DNA from: Candidatus Eiseniibacteriota bacterium
Lineage (GTDB): Bacteria; Eisenbacteria; RBG-16-71-46
Direction of reading: 5' to 3'
Length of the DNA stretch: 64,000 nucleotides
Assembly: GCA_963744995.1 (NCBI GenBank)
Contig: CAVUWA010000010.1
Location: 800,001 to 864,000 of the forward strand
Positions 62,198 to 64,000 of the stretch are shown piece after piece. Positions within the stretch are counted from its first letter, which is position 1, and each line of letters opens with the position of its first letter. The notes below the pieces were generated by a model. It had not been told where the DNA came from. It was given only the letters and a program-made list of their open reading frames with translations, and ran no database searches. The position numbers and the translations under genes are program-made.

Positions 62198-63958
62198 ATG
62201 CTGACACCCGACTCGCCTTCCGATCTCCAGCTCGCCAAGGAGCTGTCGCCGCGCGCTCTGGCGGTGGCCCGCTGGCTGCGTTACCTCGCCCGCTCGCTGC
62301 GGGTCATGCGCCTCTACAGGGAGGTCAACGAGGTGACGATGAACGCGTCGGCGATCATCGCGGCCAAACTCTACGAGATCCTCGAAGACGGCCCGATCGA
62401 GCTCCGGGTCGGCTCCCGCGAGATCCTGCTCGAGGACGAGCCCGTGGTCCGCGTGCAGAAGCGGAAGATCGGCCAGGACTACCTGCCGTCCCCCGAAGAA
62501 GAGCTGCCGTTCTTCATCTATCAGGACGGCATCCGCCTGATCCGCATCCTCGAATCGGTGCCGCGCCGCGAGATCGAGGTGCTGGTCGAGGCCCTCCGCC
62601 AGCGCGGGCGCGGGCCCGACACCGAAAACGATCTGGTGACCATGCTGTGGCAGGCGAATCTGCTGCACATCCAGATCGAATCCGTCCCGCTCGAGCAGAC
62701 GATCTATCTATCATCGCGCAGACCCACGGGGGGTGGCGGCGGCGGCTCGGGCGGGTTCGCTTTCGTGTGGTCGCCCGCGGGCGAACAGATCCACGCCGAT
62801 CTCGGCCAGGTCGGCGGACCGCAGGGCCTGCACCGCGACACGTTCGACGACTGGGAGCTGCCCGAAGACACCACCGACGTCCCGGACGCCTACATGAGGC
62901 TGCTGCCCGAGATGGAGGCGGCGCGGCCCAGGTTCCAGCTCGACTGGGTGCAGGAATGGGTCGCCGACTGGAACCTGGATGCCCCCGAGGTGCTGCGCGA
63001 AATCATCGCCCAGGACCACGGCCCGCATACCGGTCACGCCCTCGCCCACTTCGTCGTCACCTGGCTCGTGAACGCGTTCCAGCGCCGCGAATGGACCGAG
63101 GCCCAGCGCGCACTCGAGTTGCTGGGTGAATTCGATCCCGATCGCGCCATGTCGAACGCGGCGCTCGAGGACATGCTGGGCGGGATCGACGGCGCGCCGC
63201 TCGCCGAACAGCTCGACACGGCGGACCCCGACGAGCAGGGCCGTTTCCTCGGGCTGGCCGTGGCCATCGGCCGGCCCGCGCTGAAGCTCGTGTTTGCGGT
63301 CATGGCGGAAGCCAGGCGCGGCCGCATGCGGGCCGCCACCTGCACCGCGCTCGCCTACATGTGCGACGACGACCCCGCCCTGCTCGAGCCCTGGCTCACC
63401 GACATGCGCTGGTACGTGGTGCGCAACGTGGTGTTCGTCCTCGGTCAGATCGGCGGGTCACGGATCGTGCCGCTGCTGCGGATCGCCGCCCACCACCAGG
63501 ATCACCGCGTCCGCCGCGCCGTGGTGCACGCGCTCGGCGCGGTGACGCTGGCCGAACGCATGCCCATCCTGCTGAGCATGCTCGACACCCACGATCCGCA
63601 GCTGCTCGCGGCGGTCCTCACGCTGATGACCCGCGAACCACGGCGCGAGATCGCACTGGAGCTGCTCAAACGGATCAGCGCCCCCGACTTCGACTCCCGC
63701 AAGGAGGACGCGCAGCGCGCGTTGCTGCACGCGCTCGGCGAGGTCGCGGACGACGAGACCGTGGCCCCGCTCGCCGAAATCCTGAACGGCGGCGGCTGGT
63801 TCGCACGCATCACCACGCGCCGGCTCGGCGTCGCGCGGATCCTCCAGCAGATCGGCTCCGAGCAGGCGCTGGCCGTGCTCGACGAGGGGCTGCGCTCGCG
63901 CAGCGAAGCGGTCCGGGCGGCCGTGCTCGAGGCCGTCGGGTCGCGGAGCACCGCATGA
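62198..63958 (+). CDS. HEAT-repeat protein
   Basis: WYVVRNVVFVLGQIG, RVRRAVVHALG, ALLHALGEV, EAVRAA repeats. Confidence 0.8.
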   Translation: MLTPDSPSDLQLAKELSPRALAVARWLRYLARSLRVMRLYREVNEVTMNASAIIAAKLYEILEDGPIELRVGSREILLEDEPVVRVQKRKIGQDYLPSPEEELPFFIYQDGIRLIRILESVPRREIEVLVEALRQRGRGPDTENDLVTMLWQANLLHIQIESVPLEQTIYLSSRRPTGGGGGGSGGFAFVWSPAGEQIHADLGQVGGPQGLHRDTFDDWELPEDTTDVPDAYMRLLPEMEAARPRFQLDWVQEWVADWNLDAPEVLREIIAQDHGPHTGHALAHFVVTWLVNAFQRREWTEAQRALELLGEFDPDRAMSNAALEDMLGGIDGAPLAEQLDTADPDEQGRFLGLAVAIGRPALKLVFAVMAEARRGRMRAATCTALAYMCDDDPALLEPWLTDMRWYVVRNVVFVLGQIGGSRIVPLLRIAAHHQDHRVRRAVVHALGAVTLAERMPILLSMLDTHDPQLLAAVLTLMTREPRREIALELLKRISAPDFDSRKEDAQRALLHALGEVADDETVAPLAEILNGGGWFARITTRRLGVARILQQIGSEQALAVLDEGLRSRSEAVRAAVLEAVGSRSTA

Positions 63959-64000
63959 CCCTCCCGGCGCCGGATCCGGCGCGCGGGCCCGCCCCGCGGA
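63955..64000 (+). CDS. 5' end of a translationally coupled downstream gene (partial)
   Basis: ATGA overlap with the HEAT gene stop; frame open to the window end. Confidence 0.45.
   Translation, partial: MTLPAPDPARGPAPR

Noticed and set aside
1..64000. Many long overlapping or antisense ORFs in the track (e.g. 18241-20535, 20595-22982, 38208-40916, 54016-57009)
   Set aside because: They are shadows of real genes in very GC-rich DNA: Arg/Ala/Pro-rich, without motifs, and overlapping well-supported genes.

Overview
A very GC-rich bacterial chromosome segment with about 54 genes. I found no rRNA, tRNA, CRISPR array or prophage. The right end carries the conserved cluster rpmH-rnpA-yidD-yidC-jag-mnmE-mnmG-rsmG-parA-parB, followed by a bactofilin gene, with two parS sites; a HEAT-repeat gene, not dnaA, lies beyond rpmH. 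Futalosine-route menaquinone genes are scattered: mqnA, mqnE, and a ubiA-ubiX-ubiD set with a Ser/Thr kinase and TspO inside the same operon. The rest is mostly metabolic, envelope and signalling genes. Outer-membrane proteins, the futalosine route, kinase-TPR proteins and the candidate SOS box suggest an FCB-related diderm such as Ca. Eisenbacteria or Gemmatimonadota; this is inference only. The main finding is a small putative SOS regulon defined by a TGCAC-N4-GTGCA box at three sites: the lexA promoter, the promoter region of a SplB-like radical SAM gene 35 kb away, and (one mismatch) upstream of a solo IS200-type HUH transposase homologue directly behind lexA. That homologue keeps its metal-binding residues but has Arg in place of the catalytic Tyr, making it a candidate domesticated, damage-inducible DNA-binding protein. 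Secondary findings: a 179-bp element with long terminal inverted repeats, an rnpA frame open through rpmH (Thermus-like), a leaderless uORF, a TonB-plug motif fused to a small barrel, a frameshifted beta-propeller gene, and several structured intergenic regions.
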